From contig CAPSSR010000002.1 in assembly GCA_948701955.1 (NCBI GenBank), forward strand, positions 1 to 55,890: 55,890 nucleotides of DNA. Direction: 5' to 3'. The number at the start of each line of letters is the position of its first letter. Within the stretch, counting starts at the first letter, position 1. The stretch is from an uncultured Anaeroplasmataceae bacterium. Its GTDB lineage: Bacteria; Bacillota_I; Bacilli_A; Acholeplasmatales; Anaeroplasmataceae. The position numbers and the translations under genes are program-made. The notes below the pieces were generated by a model. The model did not search any database. It saw nothing but the letters and a program-made list of their open reading frames with translations, and was not told the DNA's origin. Below, one piece after another: positions 38,177 to 46,568 of this stretch.

Positions 38177-38711
38177 GGTGGTTCGGCAACTGTATTAGTC
38201 GGCTAATACGGTTTTGATAAAACAACAAATATACTATTTCCAAAACAACATATCTACTAAAAACCTATTAAAATCTATTGATAATCATCTTAAAAAACAG
38301 GCCTACATTAAACTATGCAACAAATATACAAAATAGTAACATGATAAACACTCTAATAAACACAATAGCACATCAACCATCGCTCCATCATATCATACCC
38401 TACATGTCATCTTTACATCAATAGCACATGCACACAATAACCATGCGCACATGTGCTATACCAGTGCTATATCATTTATTTGCCCTATATACCGCATTTA
38501 TCCCCTAAACCCAACAACTATACCGTCACTACATTTCAGCCCCTATTTGCCCTAAATAGGCCTATACAGTGCCATAATAATCGCTGACTCTAATCAGTCA
38601 CTACTCCATCATATGAACCAATTTCCATCAACCTTCCATCATGAATCCCTTACTATCCAGATTATCCAGATCTGCTTCAATCAGTCCCTTGATATAAGCA
38701 GCGGCGTTATA

Positions 38712-38954
38712 TTATTCAAACACTTTTTTAGTGTCCCTTGTTATAACCTGTATATCACAATCTAGTAAATCCATCATTTTCTTGAAGTCTGAAAAAGAAT
38801 AGTTCCCACGGCTGATTTTGTTTCTTAAAGATTGCGGCAATATATCCATTTTTGCGGCCATTTCAGCAATGTTTGTATGTCTTTCTAATAGTAATTGATT
38901 TATCACTTTCTTTTCGTCCATATCATTTACCCTGATCCTTTGGTTGAATATCAA
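38712..38954 (-). CDS. XRE-family HTH transcriptional regulator
   Basis: 80 aa; HTNIAEMAAKMDILPQSLRNKIS helix-turn-helix. Confidence 0.6.
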   Translation of the reverse strand: MIFNQRIRVNDMDEKKVINQLLLERHTNIAEMAAKMDILPQSLRNKISRGNYSFSDFKKMMDLLDCDIQVITRDTKKVFE

Positions 38955-39213
38955 TAATCAAATCGCAATCCATCGCATTACATAATTCTAGCAATATCTT
39001 TAAACTAGGGTTTTCTGTACGATTGTTTAACAAATTACTGATAGTTGCTTTTGTCCATCCTGTAGCATTGCATAAATCTTTTTGTTTTACATCTAAGTCA
39101 AGCATTAAATGTTTAATCATTAGAGTGACATCTGAAATATTCCCATTGTATTTTACCATTTCTGACCTCCCATAATATACTATATCATATCTTGATAAAT
39201 ATTGTAAATACAA
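38923..39213 (-). CDS. XRE-family HTH transcriptional regulator
   Basis: 96 aa; KQKDLCNATGWTKATISNLLNN helix-turn-helix; overlaps downstream HTH gene by 32 bp. Confidence 0.6.
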   Translation of the reverse strand: MYLQYLSRYDIVYYGRSEMVKYNGNISDVTLMIKHLMLDLDVKQKDLCNATGWTKATISNLLNNRTENPSLKILLELCNAMDCDLIIDIQPKDQGK

Positions 39214-39376
39214 TACTTATTATCTGTTTTTCTATATCATATCATGAAATAACAAAACATTTTAACAGATAAGTATTGACATAGCAATAATAGTATTGTA
39301 ATATAGACTTACCGAAAGGAAAAACAAAAACAGAACATTTGTTCTGAAATAAGAAAACGAAAGGTAGGCATATAAT

Positions 39377-39691
39377 ATGAAAGAATACAGAAAAATAACA
39401 AGAATTGATAAAACAGATAGCTATTCCCCAATAGACATGTACTACACTGCTGAGTATACCGAATACAGAGAAGATGGAATCATAAAATGCAAAGGCACTG
39501 AGGATTTTTCTGGCGAAAGAAAAAATACTTTGCATAGTTGGGATATATGTGTCCCAACTAATAAAACAAATAAAGGTGGACATACAATATGGGATAAAGT
39601 CGATAATATAACTACCACTGATGCAAAAAACGCTAAAAAGATAGCAACTTTTAAGTATGGTAACAAAGTCCAGCTAAGAAAAATAAGATAA
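39377..39691 (+). CDS. hypothetical protein
   Basis: 104-aa ORF divergent from HTH pair. Confidence 0.4.
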   Translation: MKEYRKITRIDKTDSYSPIDMYYTAEYTEYREDGIIKCKGTEDFSGERKNTLHSWDICVPTNKTNKGGHTIWDKVDNITTTDAKNAKKIATFKYGNKVQLRKIR

Positions 39692-39888
39692 TAAATCCCC
39701 TGAAGAGTCTTTGAGAATTAAGACGAAACTACCCACACAAAGGGTAGTCGGGATAGTAACACAAGTAACAATCAATATCCCTAACCGTACCTTGATAATT
39801 GAATAGGCTTTACACCTTCCAGACAATCCGTTATAATAAGATTGTAACAGTATATACTACCATGACAATCAAAAAGGCGGTGAAAGGA

Positions 39889-40068
39889 TGGTACAAGAAA
39901 TGTCTGATAAAGAATTGATTACGGTAACTATTGACAGATACACAGATTTACAAAGGATCAAGAAAGCAAATGGCAACAATGAAAATGCAGAACTTGACTA
40001 TCAAATTAAAGTAGTGACTGCAAAGTTATCTTCTTTAGGCGTAAATGTTGAAGATATAACGCTTTAAT
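39889..40068 (+). CDS. small hypothetical protein (59 aa)
   Basis: ATG after RBS aaaggatgg; followed by strong terminator. Confidence 0.3.
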
Positions 40069-40096
40069 CACAACTGAATAGCAAACAATAAACCAA

Positions 40097-40145
40097 AAGG
40101 TGTAAAGTCTATTGAGTTATCAAGGCTTTACACCTTTTTAATTTA
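40097..40145 (+). terminator. rho-independent terminator
   Basis: 11-bp stem AAGGTGTAAAG / CTTTACACCTT followed by TTTTAATTT. Confidence 0.6.
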
Positions 40146-40154
40146 GGAATAATC

Positions 40155-40163
40155 TGGTATAAT
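40155..40163 (+). promoter_or_regulatory. extended -10 promoter (TGgTATAAT), copy 1
   Basis: tggtataat 36 bp upstream of the 40199 ATG; same leader ATTGGgaaggtgagaa-ATGGCGATA as copy 2. Confidence 0.45.
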
Positions 40164-40198
40164 AAATTATCTATATTGGATTATGGGAAGGTGAGAAC

Positions 40199-40423
40199 AT
40201 GGCGATACATACAAATAAAGAATTGTCCCAGGCTGTACAGGACGCAATAAAAGAATCTGGTATCAAGAAAGTATTTATTGCTGAAAAGTTAGGAATTAAG
40301 CGTGAAGTATTTGCAAGAATGCTAAACAAAAAGCAATTTTCACTTGACGATGCTAATAAAATATTAGATATTATTGGATTCCAGACCGAAACAAAGGTGA
40401 TAAAAAAAGACACGAAAACGTGA
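40199..40423 (+). CDS. small HTH DNA-binding protein (paralog 1)
   Basis: 74 aa; MAIHTNKELSQAVQDAIKESGIKKVFIAEKLGIKREVFARMLNKKQFSLDDANKIL. Confidence 0.55.
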   Translation: MAIHTNKELSQAVQDAIKESGIKKVFIAEKLGIKREVFARMLNKKQFSLDDANKILDIIGFQTETKVIKKDTKT

Positions 40424-40432
40424 TGAAAAATG

Positions 40433-40461
40433 TTGACAAGTAAAAGCACATATGCTATTAT
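40433..40461 (+). promoter_or_regulatory. sigma-70-like promoter
   Basis: TTGACA - 17 bp - TATTAT. Confidence 0.45.
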
Positions 40462-40500
40462 ATACTTGTAAGGAATACAGGGATTAAAAATTGGTATCAC

Positions 40501-40551
40501 GGCAGAGTCAATAAGACCATGATACATCCTCAACATGGCAGCGTCAATAAG
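40501..40551. repeat. direct repeats GGCAG(A/C)GTCAATAAG x2 (candidate operator sites)
   Basis: 15-bp repeats at 40501-40515 and 40537-40551 between the two HTH paralogs. Confidence 0.5.
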
Positions 40552-40744
40552 TCCAGGAGCAAAAAGAAAAATCCCCATTCCTTGACAGAAACAGGGAAAT
40601 TTCAAGAAAAGTGCATAAACACTTTTCCCCAAGCAAGGAAAGTATAACACAATTCTTGATGATCTGTCAATCGGCAGAATTTCCCTAAAGTTTTTGGCAC
40701 CTTGAAAAGTGAATAGTGAAGTGCTAGAAAAAATCCTCAATGCA

Positions 40745-40753
40745 TGGTATAAT
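40745..40753 (+). promoter_or_regulatory. extended -10 promoter (TGgTATAAT), copy 2
   Basis: tggtataat 30 bp upstream of the 40784 ATG. Confidence 0.45.
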
Positions 40754-40783
40754 TTCCTTATCTTATATTGGGAAGGTGAGAAT

Positions 40784-41050
40784 ATGGCGATAAAAACAAA
40801 TCAGGAGCTGGCGGATTTTGTCAAAAAAGCTATAAAAGCATCTGGAATTAAAAAAAATAGTATTGCGGAAAATATAGGATTGTCAAGACAAGGATTGGAT
40901 AACTTATTAAATAAAAAATCATTCTCACTTGACGATGCAAACAAAATATTAAATGAAATTTCATTATCTGCTAGTGTGGAAATACAAAGCGAAATTTTAA
41001 AAATTTTCCAAACAGACAAGCTAAATAAATTGCTGGAAGAAAAGCAATAA
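40784..41050 (+). CDS. small HTH DNA-binding protein (paralog 2)
   Basis: 88 aa from ATG at 40784; MAIKTNQELADFVKKAIKASGIKKNSIAENIGLSRQGLDNLLNKKSFSLDDANKIL, clear paralog of the 40199 product. Confidence 0.55.
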   Translation: MAIKTNQELADFVKKAIKASGIKKNSIAENIGLSRQGLDNLLNKKSFSLDDANKILNEISLSASVEIQSEILKIFQTDKLNKLLEEKQ

Positions 41051-41078
41051 AATATATTGCAAAAAAGCAATAAAATAG

Positions 41079-41107
41079 TTGACATTGATTCTAAAGTGTG
41101 GTAATAT
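41079..41107 (+). promoter_or_regulatory. sigma-70-like promoter facing the GC-rich ORF-free region
   Basis: TTGACA - 17 bp - TAATAT. Confidence 0.4.
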
Positions 41108-41119
41108 AAATACAGTTAA

Positions 41120-42790
41120 GGAAATAGAAAAGCCGCTCCTCAGCTACCAACTAACGAAGCGACTTTTCCCGAAACCACTTAAAAGTGATTGCTCTTATTC
41201 TAACATTTCATTATTCACTTTTCAAGTGTTTTCGCACAAGTTTCCAAAACAAAAATCATAAAGCTGTAAAAATGTTCAGATTCCATGGCAAGCCGAAAAT
41301 CAATTTTTACAGTCCAGACCGTCCAAGAAGTAGGCAGTCAGGGAGTAGCCCCTTTTGAGTACTGACACTGGAGGGTATCTGAAAGTGTAGACCTCAATTG
41401 CATGAAAAGGCTACATGCCGTATCCTTACAAGATTGTATAAGGTAGGATGCACAGGCGGGGAAGGCGTTATACGGCGTAACAGTCACTAATAATAAACCG
41501 TTTAGCGTGATACCACAAAACTTGATTAGTGTCATAGTGTGGGAAATATCCACATACTAAACAGTAATAAAATAAGGATATGTCGAAACTGTCAAAAGCA
41601 GATGGAGAAAATTGTCAGAAACGGCTATAGGCAAGATACCTTGTTTGTAGATACAAAGTAAGATGATTATTATCTGGTGGGAACCGTTAAAACGGCATAG
41701 GGGCAACGGCTATTAAAGCGTTGATGAATGCAAAGAATAAAATAAAAACTGTTTAGGATTTTAAATAGGGTAGCGATTGAAATTTGTATGTTAATAGGCC
41801 CATGTGGGGCGGCATATGAAAAGTAGTCGTTGTGTGGGCTGCCCAAGACAAAAGCCCATTGGAGCCTATACCAGACGCTGAGAAGCTTGAGAGAGATGGA
41901 GCGCAAAAGGCAGGTGAGAATACACCTGAAGGCTGAGATTGCCTTATTCCACCGCTAATTTTACAGACTGACAGACTGTGATTGAGAAAAAGCGGTATAC
42001 AAGCACATATAGGGAAAGAACCATCAAGGGCTTGTCAAGTGGCAAGCCCATTTTACATATAAAACGGACAAACAGAAAGAGAAATATCAATCATAAAGCG
42101 GTCAACTGCTTTTCAAAAAGGAACGTGATGTAAGCGCGGATTCCCCTCCGGTCATGTGGGGAATTCAAAACCATAGCAACGACAATAAGCCTATGGCATA
42201 GAATACAGATCGGGGACTACTACCTGACAGTAAATGGCTTTCCTGGTTTCAGATAGAAATAGCAAATCGGGGAATCGCTCAAGACTGGCAATGCGATTAA
42301 CAAGTTGTGCCGGCATTCCGGGAGCCTGTATATCTCCCGCAAGAAAACAGATTATACACGCATGGGAAGAGCGTTAGACTTAAATGCTGGAATAGTCAGA
42401 CGGTGCGGAAATCTAAGGAAAGTACGGTAAAAACTATCAGGATAAAAATAAATACCGTGAGCGTGTCCGTATAGCGCATTTGCATAAAAGGGTTGATGGC
42501 AAATAGAAACGGCGTCACAGGTTAGGGCGAAAGCTACTATGGCGGAGATAATAAGTTTTATTATTTACCATGCTTACAAAAACAGAATCAAACGTGCGGC
42601 GATGTAGAAAGCCGGTGAACCACCGTTACCAACGGGACATAGCCATATAGGCCGGAAGCATTTAGCCTTTATCCCTTGAAAAGTCTCTTTTGTGGGCATG
42701 GATAAGTAATAAAAGCCTTGAAAAAGTTTTGCGGTTTGACATGAAAAAAGAAGTAGTAAAGTAGTAACTAATAATATAGCTTAGGAGGTG
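41120..42790 (+). ncRNA. candidate large structured non-coding RNA (class unknown)
   Basis: About 1.5 kb with no credible ORF (stops in all frames); GC clearly above the roughly 30 percent background; purine-rich on plus strand; many GC-rich hairpins (GGGCTTG/CAAGCCC, CGGGAG/CTCCCG, CCGTT/AACGG, ATTCCCC/GGGGAAT). Confidence 0.3.
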
Positions 42791-42795
42791 TCTAA

Positions 42796-43971
42796 ATGCA
42801 ATTTAAAATTTATGAGGAAAATATGGAACGGTTAGAGAAAAAGATTGCCAGGATTAGCAAGAAGTGTGAAAAGTATGGCAATTATTTTCGCTATGAAGTA
42901 GTTGGCGAGGAATTTGTAGAGAAATATGATGAAGAATTGAGAAAAGATGTAGTTTTAAGGTATGTTATTGTAGAAGCAGAGGGTACAGCCATAATTAATA
43001 ACTGGCGTTTCATCGCATTGGTAGAGCATACAGGCACGACATATGGAAATGTAATCAAAAGTTGCTGTGACATAGAAGTTCCTGAAAGATATTATACAAG
43101 TCGGCCGATTTGTGAACATTGCAAAAGCAATCGGCCTAGGAAAGATACGTATATTGTACAAAATATTATAACTGGTGAATTTAAGCAAGTCGGCAAATCA
43201 TGTCTGATGGATTTTACTTATGGAATGAGTGCGGAAGGCGTGGCAAGATATATCAGTTTATTTGATGAATTGATTCAAGGAGAGGCGATAGAGCCAGGAT
43301 GCCATAAAATCCATTATATTGATACCAAAACAGCATTATGTTATATAGCGGAAACCATTCGACATTTTGGATATGTCAAGGCTGATGGAGTCAGATCGAC
43401 AAAACATAGAGCTATGGATTATTATAGTGTAAGAAATGGATTTTCTACATTTGTGCCAAAATGTGATTTGAAAGAAGAGATGGAAAGTGTAGAATTTGAT
43501 CCTTTTTCTGATTACGCTAATGAAATGGTTTCCAAAGTTCTTGAATGGATTCCCAAACAAGAAGAGTCAAGCAATTACTATCACAATTTGAAAACTGTAT
43601 GTACAATGAGGTATATAGGTTTTGACAAGTTTGGAATCCTTGCAAGCTTGTTCCCAGCATACGATAAAGCGATGGAAAGGGAGAGGCAGATTATAAGCGA
43701 AAAAGAAAATGAAAAAAATTCTGAATATGTAGGCAATGTCGGAGATAGAGTGACCATTGAAATTGCAGACCATAAAGTCATAACAAGCTGGGAAACGGAA
43801 TGGGGCATGACAATGATCCATAAAATAACCGATACAAATGGGAATATCTATACCTGGAAGACGAGTAAAGGAATTGATGATAAGATTAAAAAGATTGTTG
43901 GAACGATTAAAGACCATATCGAATATTATGGAGCCAAACAGACAGTAATTACAAGATGCAGAACATCATAA
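42796..43971 (+). CDS. hypothetical protein
   Basis: 391 aa; RBS aggaggtg; Cys cluster CEHCKSN...GKSC; no family recognised. Confidence 0.5.
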   Translation: MQFKIYEENMERLEKKIARISKKCEKYGNYFRYEVVGEEFVEKYDEELRKDVVLRYVIVEAEGTAIINNWRFIALVEHTGTTYGNVIKSCCDIEVPERYYTSRPICEHCKSNRPRKDTYIVQNIITGEFKQVGKSCLMDFTYGMSAEGVARYISLFDELIQGEAIEPGCHKIHYIDTKTALCYIAETIRHFGYVKADGVRSTKHRAMDYYSVRNGFSTFVPKCDLKEEMESVEFDPFSDYANEMVSKVLEWIPKQEESSNYYHNLKTVCTMRYIGFDKFGILASLFPAYDKAMERERQIISEKENEKNSEYVGNVGDRVTIEIADHKVITSWETEWGMTMIHKITDTNGNIYTWKTSKGIDDKIKKIVGTIKDHIEYYGAKQTVITRCRTS

Positions 43972-44011
43972 GATATTTAAGGACATGCAGAATAAGGCAT
44001 GTCCTTAAATA

Positions 44012-44290
44012 ATGATAAAAATAAGGAGGAACGCAAGAATGAACATGCGAAAATTCATGGTCTATCTTGATTGCGGAGATGTTTTTAAGTGCGCGATTCC
44101 AGCACAGAGTGAGGAAGCAGCGCGGGAATATGTGCAAGGAAATGGAGAAGTGGTCGCGATAAAAGATGTAACAGAAGAATATCCTATATCCGTAGATAAA
44201 GTGAAAGATGCCTTGGAGAATGCACATTTCGGAAAAATAGAAATAAATTTTGTCATAAGATCCTTGCAAGAAATCGGAATCTGTGAATAA
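44012..44290 (+). CDS. hypothetical protein
   Basis: 92-aa ORF with RBS aaggagga. Confidence 0.45.
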   Translation: MIKIRRNARMNMRKFMVYLDCGDVFKCAIPAQSEEAAREYVQGNGEVVAIKDVTEEYPISVDKVKDALENAHFGKIEINFVIRSLQEIGICE

Positions 44291-44303
44291 GGAGAAATAA
44301 TTT

Positions 44304-44540
44304 ATGGCAAAAAATCTGATGGATTATATTAGTAAAAAGTACCGAGATAGAATCGAATCAGTGGTGCAGTTACCAGACTACTGGGACGAAGAAGAGGAAC
44401 GCTATCGCCATCAATACAAAATCACTTGCAATGAAGGCTGGGCATTTGATACAGGTGGTAGTATTGATAGCGATGGATATGTGGATACAGTAAGTTGGCT
44501 AAATAAATGGATAAAAGAATTTACCATAAAGGTAGGATGA
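44304..44540 (+). CDS. hypothetical protein
   Basis: 78-aa ORF with RBS aaggaga. Confidence 0.45.
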   Translation: MAKNLMDYISKKYRDRIESVVQLPDYWDEEEERYRHQYKITCNEGWAFDTGGSIDSDGYVDTVSWLNKWIKEFTIKVG

Positions 44541-44564
44541 TTAAAAAGGCAATCCAGTAGTATC

Positions 44565-44921
44565 ATGGCTGTAGCGTCAATGCAGATTGCCTATTTAGAT
44601 TTAGCAGATTATATTATGCATAATTATAAAAAGGAGATAGATAAAATGATAAATGCTAAAAGCTGGAAAGAATTAAAAAGACAGCTTAGGCCATTACAGG
44701 GGAAAGCTGTATTTGAACTAGAACGCCATAACAGTATGAATGACGGCACATTTTTGAGGGTATTACACCAGGTTAAACCACGCGAATTAGTTTTTTACGA
44801 TGGGAAACAAAAGGTATATTTATCTGTTACAGAAGAAACGGAACAGGAAATGAATTTTTTTGAAAATGGATTTTCCACAACAAACTGTAAATATACATTA
44901 GTGCAGATTATGGAAGGCTGA
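44565..44921 (+). CDS. hypothetical protein
   Basis: 118-aa ORF. Confidence 0.45.
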   Translation: MAVASMQIAYLDLADYIMHNYKKEIDKMINAKSWKELKRQLRPLQGKAVFELERHNSMNDGTFLRVLHQVKPRELVFYDGKQKVYLSVTEETEQEMNFFENGFSTTNCKYTLVQIMEG

Positions 44922-44923
44922 TA

Positions 44924-45394
44924 ATGGTAAATGTGAATCAGAAACAAAAGGAAGCGCACAAAGAAATAATTGCGGATATCTGCGGGGTAATTAATAATTG
45001 TGCTAATTGCTATGATGATGGAGCCATGAAAATAAATTGTAATCCATTGTCATGTGTCCATTTGTATGATGTATCGGTGGATTCTTTTTCTATGGATCCC
45101 TATGAGGATGAAATCAATAAGAGGTTGATTGGTATTGCGGGGCGGCATGGTTATAGTGCAGGTATTGTCATAGAGGATAAGGAAGTAATAGGGATAAGAT
45201 TCTGGAGAGAATCAGACCAATTATATGAAAGGAGAATAAACATGATAGAGGAAATCAATAAGATTTTAGAGGACAAAGGGAGTAAATTCAGAACGAAAGA
45301 CGGATTTACAATTTGTATGTATATTGGCCATCTTACATTTTTAAAACGTACTTTTGAAACACAGGAGGAATGCTTGCAGTTTGTAAGTCAATAA
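44924..45394 (+). CDS. hypothetical protein
   Basis: 156-aa ORF, start abuts stop of upstream gene. Confidence 0.45.
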   Translation: MVNVNQKQKEAHKEIIADICGVINNCANCYDDGAMKINCNPLSCVHLYDVSVDSFSMDPYEDEINKRLIGIAGRHGYSAGIVIEDKEVIGIRFWRESDQLYERRINMIEEINKILEDKGSKFRTKDGFTICMYIGHLTFLKRTFETQEECLQFVSQ

Positions 45395-45463
45395 AAGGGA
45401 TAGTTGATTTATTCAAGAAAACCTGTATAATAGTAATTAAAATGGAGAAATGGAGGAATCAAA

Positions 45464-45682
45464 ATGTTTGAAGGAAATTTTGAAGAGACTAAGAAATATC
45501 TTGTGGAGAATTTTAAGAACAGCAGATGGAATTGTCCTACGGGGGCAGAGGATTTAGAAGGAATCATTGGTGTACTATATGCAGGGACATTTGATGGAGA
45601 TAAAATCATAGAGGTTGATTTTGTAGGAAATATCAAGTGCCAGGGAGATAAGGATATTTTTGCAAATATCATTCAGGAGTGA
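45464..45682 (+). CDS. hypothetical protein
   Basis: 72-aa ORF with RBS ggagga. Confidence 0.45.
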   Translation: MFEGNFEETKKYLVENFKNSRWNCPTGAEDLEGIIGVLYAGTFDGDKIIEVDFVGNIKCQGDKDIFANIIQE

Positions 45683-45810
45683 TTTAGTCTGCCTATACAC
45701 TATGTTTTGGTAAAAAATTTCAATTTAGTACATAGAGTATATGGAGTTATAAAGTCCATGTACTTTTTATAGTGGATTGAAACCGATTGAAATCAGATGA
45801 AATAAACGGC

Positions 45811-45839
45811 TTGAAAATACCGTTGAATCTGATATAATA
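45811..45839 (+). promoter_or_regulatory. promoter TTGAAA-17-TATAAT inside repeated element (copy A)
   Basis: ataaacGGCTTGAAAAtaccgtTGAATCTGATATAAT upstream of Uma2 gene; near-identical element before hicA. Confidence 0.5.
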
Positions 45840-45858
45840 TAGTTACTGAACAAGGAGC

Positions 45859-46422
45859 GTGATAGAGATGGATGTAGCGGTAGCGAGGCAGCTGGAATAT
45901 TACACGATAGACGATATCAAGAATTTGCCAGATGGACAGAGAGCGGAGCTGATTGATGGCGAGCTTTATATGATGGCTACTCCCAGTAGGATTCATCAAT
46001 GGATTGTGATGGAACTTTCGTTTAGGATAAGGGATTATATTGGAAGGAAGAATGGAGATTGCGAAGTTTATCCTGCCCCATTTGCTGTATTTTTAAATGC
46101 CGATGATAAGCTTTACCTTGAACCTGATATATCTGTAATTTGCGATAAGAATAAACTTACGGAGGAAGGATGCAAGGGCGCACCAGATTGGATAATTGAG
46201 ATTGTATCGCCTTCAAGCCGTCCGATGGATTATAATAAGAAGTTATTCAAATATCGCACAGCAGGAGTTAGGGAATATTGGATTGTTGATCCAATGAAGC
46301 AACAGATTATGGTTTATAATTTTGAACATGATACATTTGAAGAGTATTCGTTTACGGATAAAGTAAAGGCTGGAATATATGATGATTTTGAGATTGACTT
46401 TGCGGGGACAAAGATGGAATAA
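45859..46422 (+). CDS. Uma2-family (DUF820) restriction-endonuclease-like protein
   Basis: 187 aa; ELIDGELYMMATPSRIHQ ... EVYPAPFAVFL ... EPDISVIC ... APDWIIEIVSPSS ... GVREYWIVDP. Confidence 0.8.
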   Translation: MIEMDVAVARQLEYYTIDDIKNLPDGQRAELIDGELYMMATPSRIHQWIVMELSFRIRDYIGRKNGDCEVYPAPFAVFLNADDKLYLEPDISVICDKNKLTEEGCKGAPDWIIEIVSPSSRPMDYNKKLFKYRTAGVREYWIVDPMKQQIMVYNFEHDTFEEYSFTDKVKAGIYDDFEIDFAGTKME

Positions 46423-46568
46423 GGGTTAGGATGTGGACAGTAAAAAGGATTGGTTTCCAGTCCTTTTTGTTTTGGAGATGCTTAGGGAATTTTTAAAAAA
46501 TTGTGGAAATAAATCCTTTTATGAGATATAATGAATGTAAAATAAAATATCTTATAGGGAATGGTATT

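Noticed and set aside
40171-40740. 189-aa ORF on minus strand
   Set aside because: Antisense to the two duplicated HTH genes and their promoters; hydrophobic low-complexity translation typical of AT-rich antisense frames.
41079-41906. Three 60-78-aa ORFs (41079-41261 +, 41338-41553 -, 41670-41906 -) inside the GC-rich ORF-free zone
   Set aside because: No RBS; odd composition; they sit in a region better explained as structured non-coding RNA. Kept as non-coding.
43360-43400. KADGVR in the 391-aa protein resembling nucleotidyl-transferase motif I (KxDGxR) of ligases or capping enzymes
   Set aside because: Downstream ligase motifs III, IV and V were not found at the expected spacings; a single hexapeptide match is likely chance.
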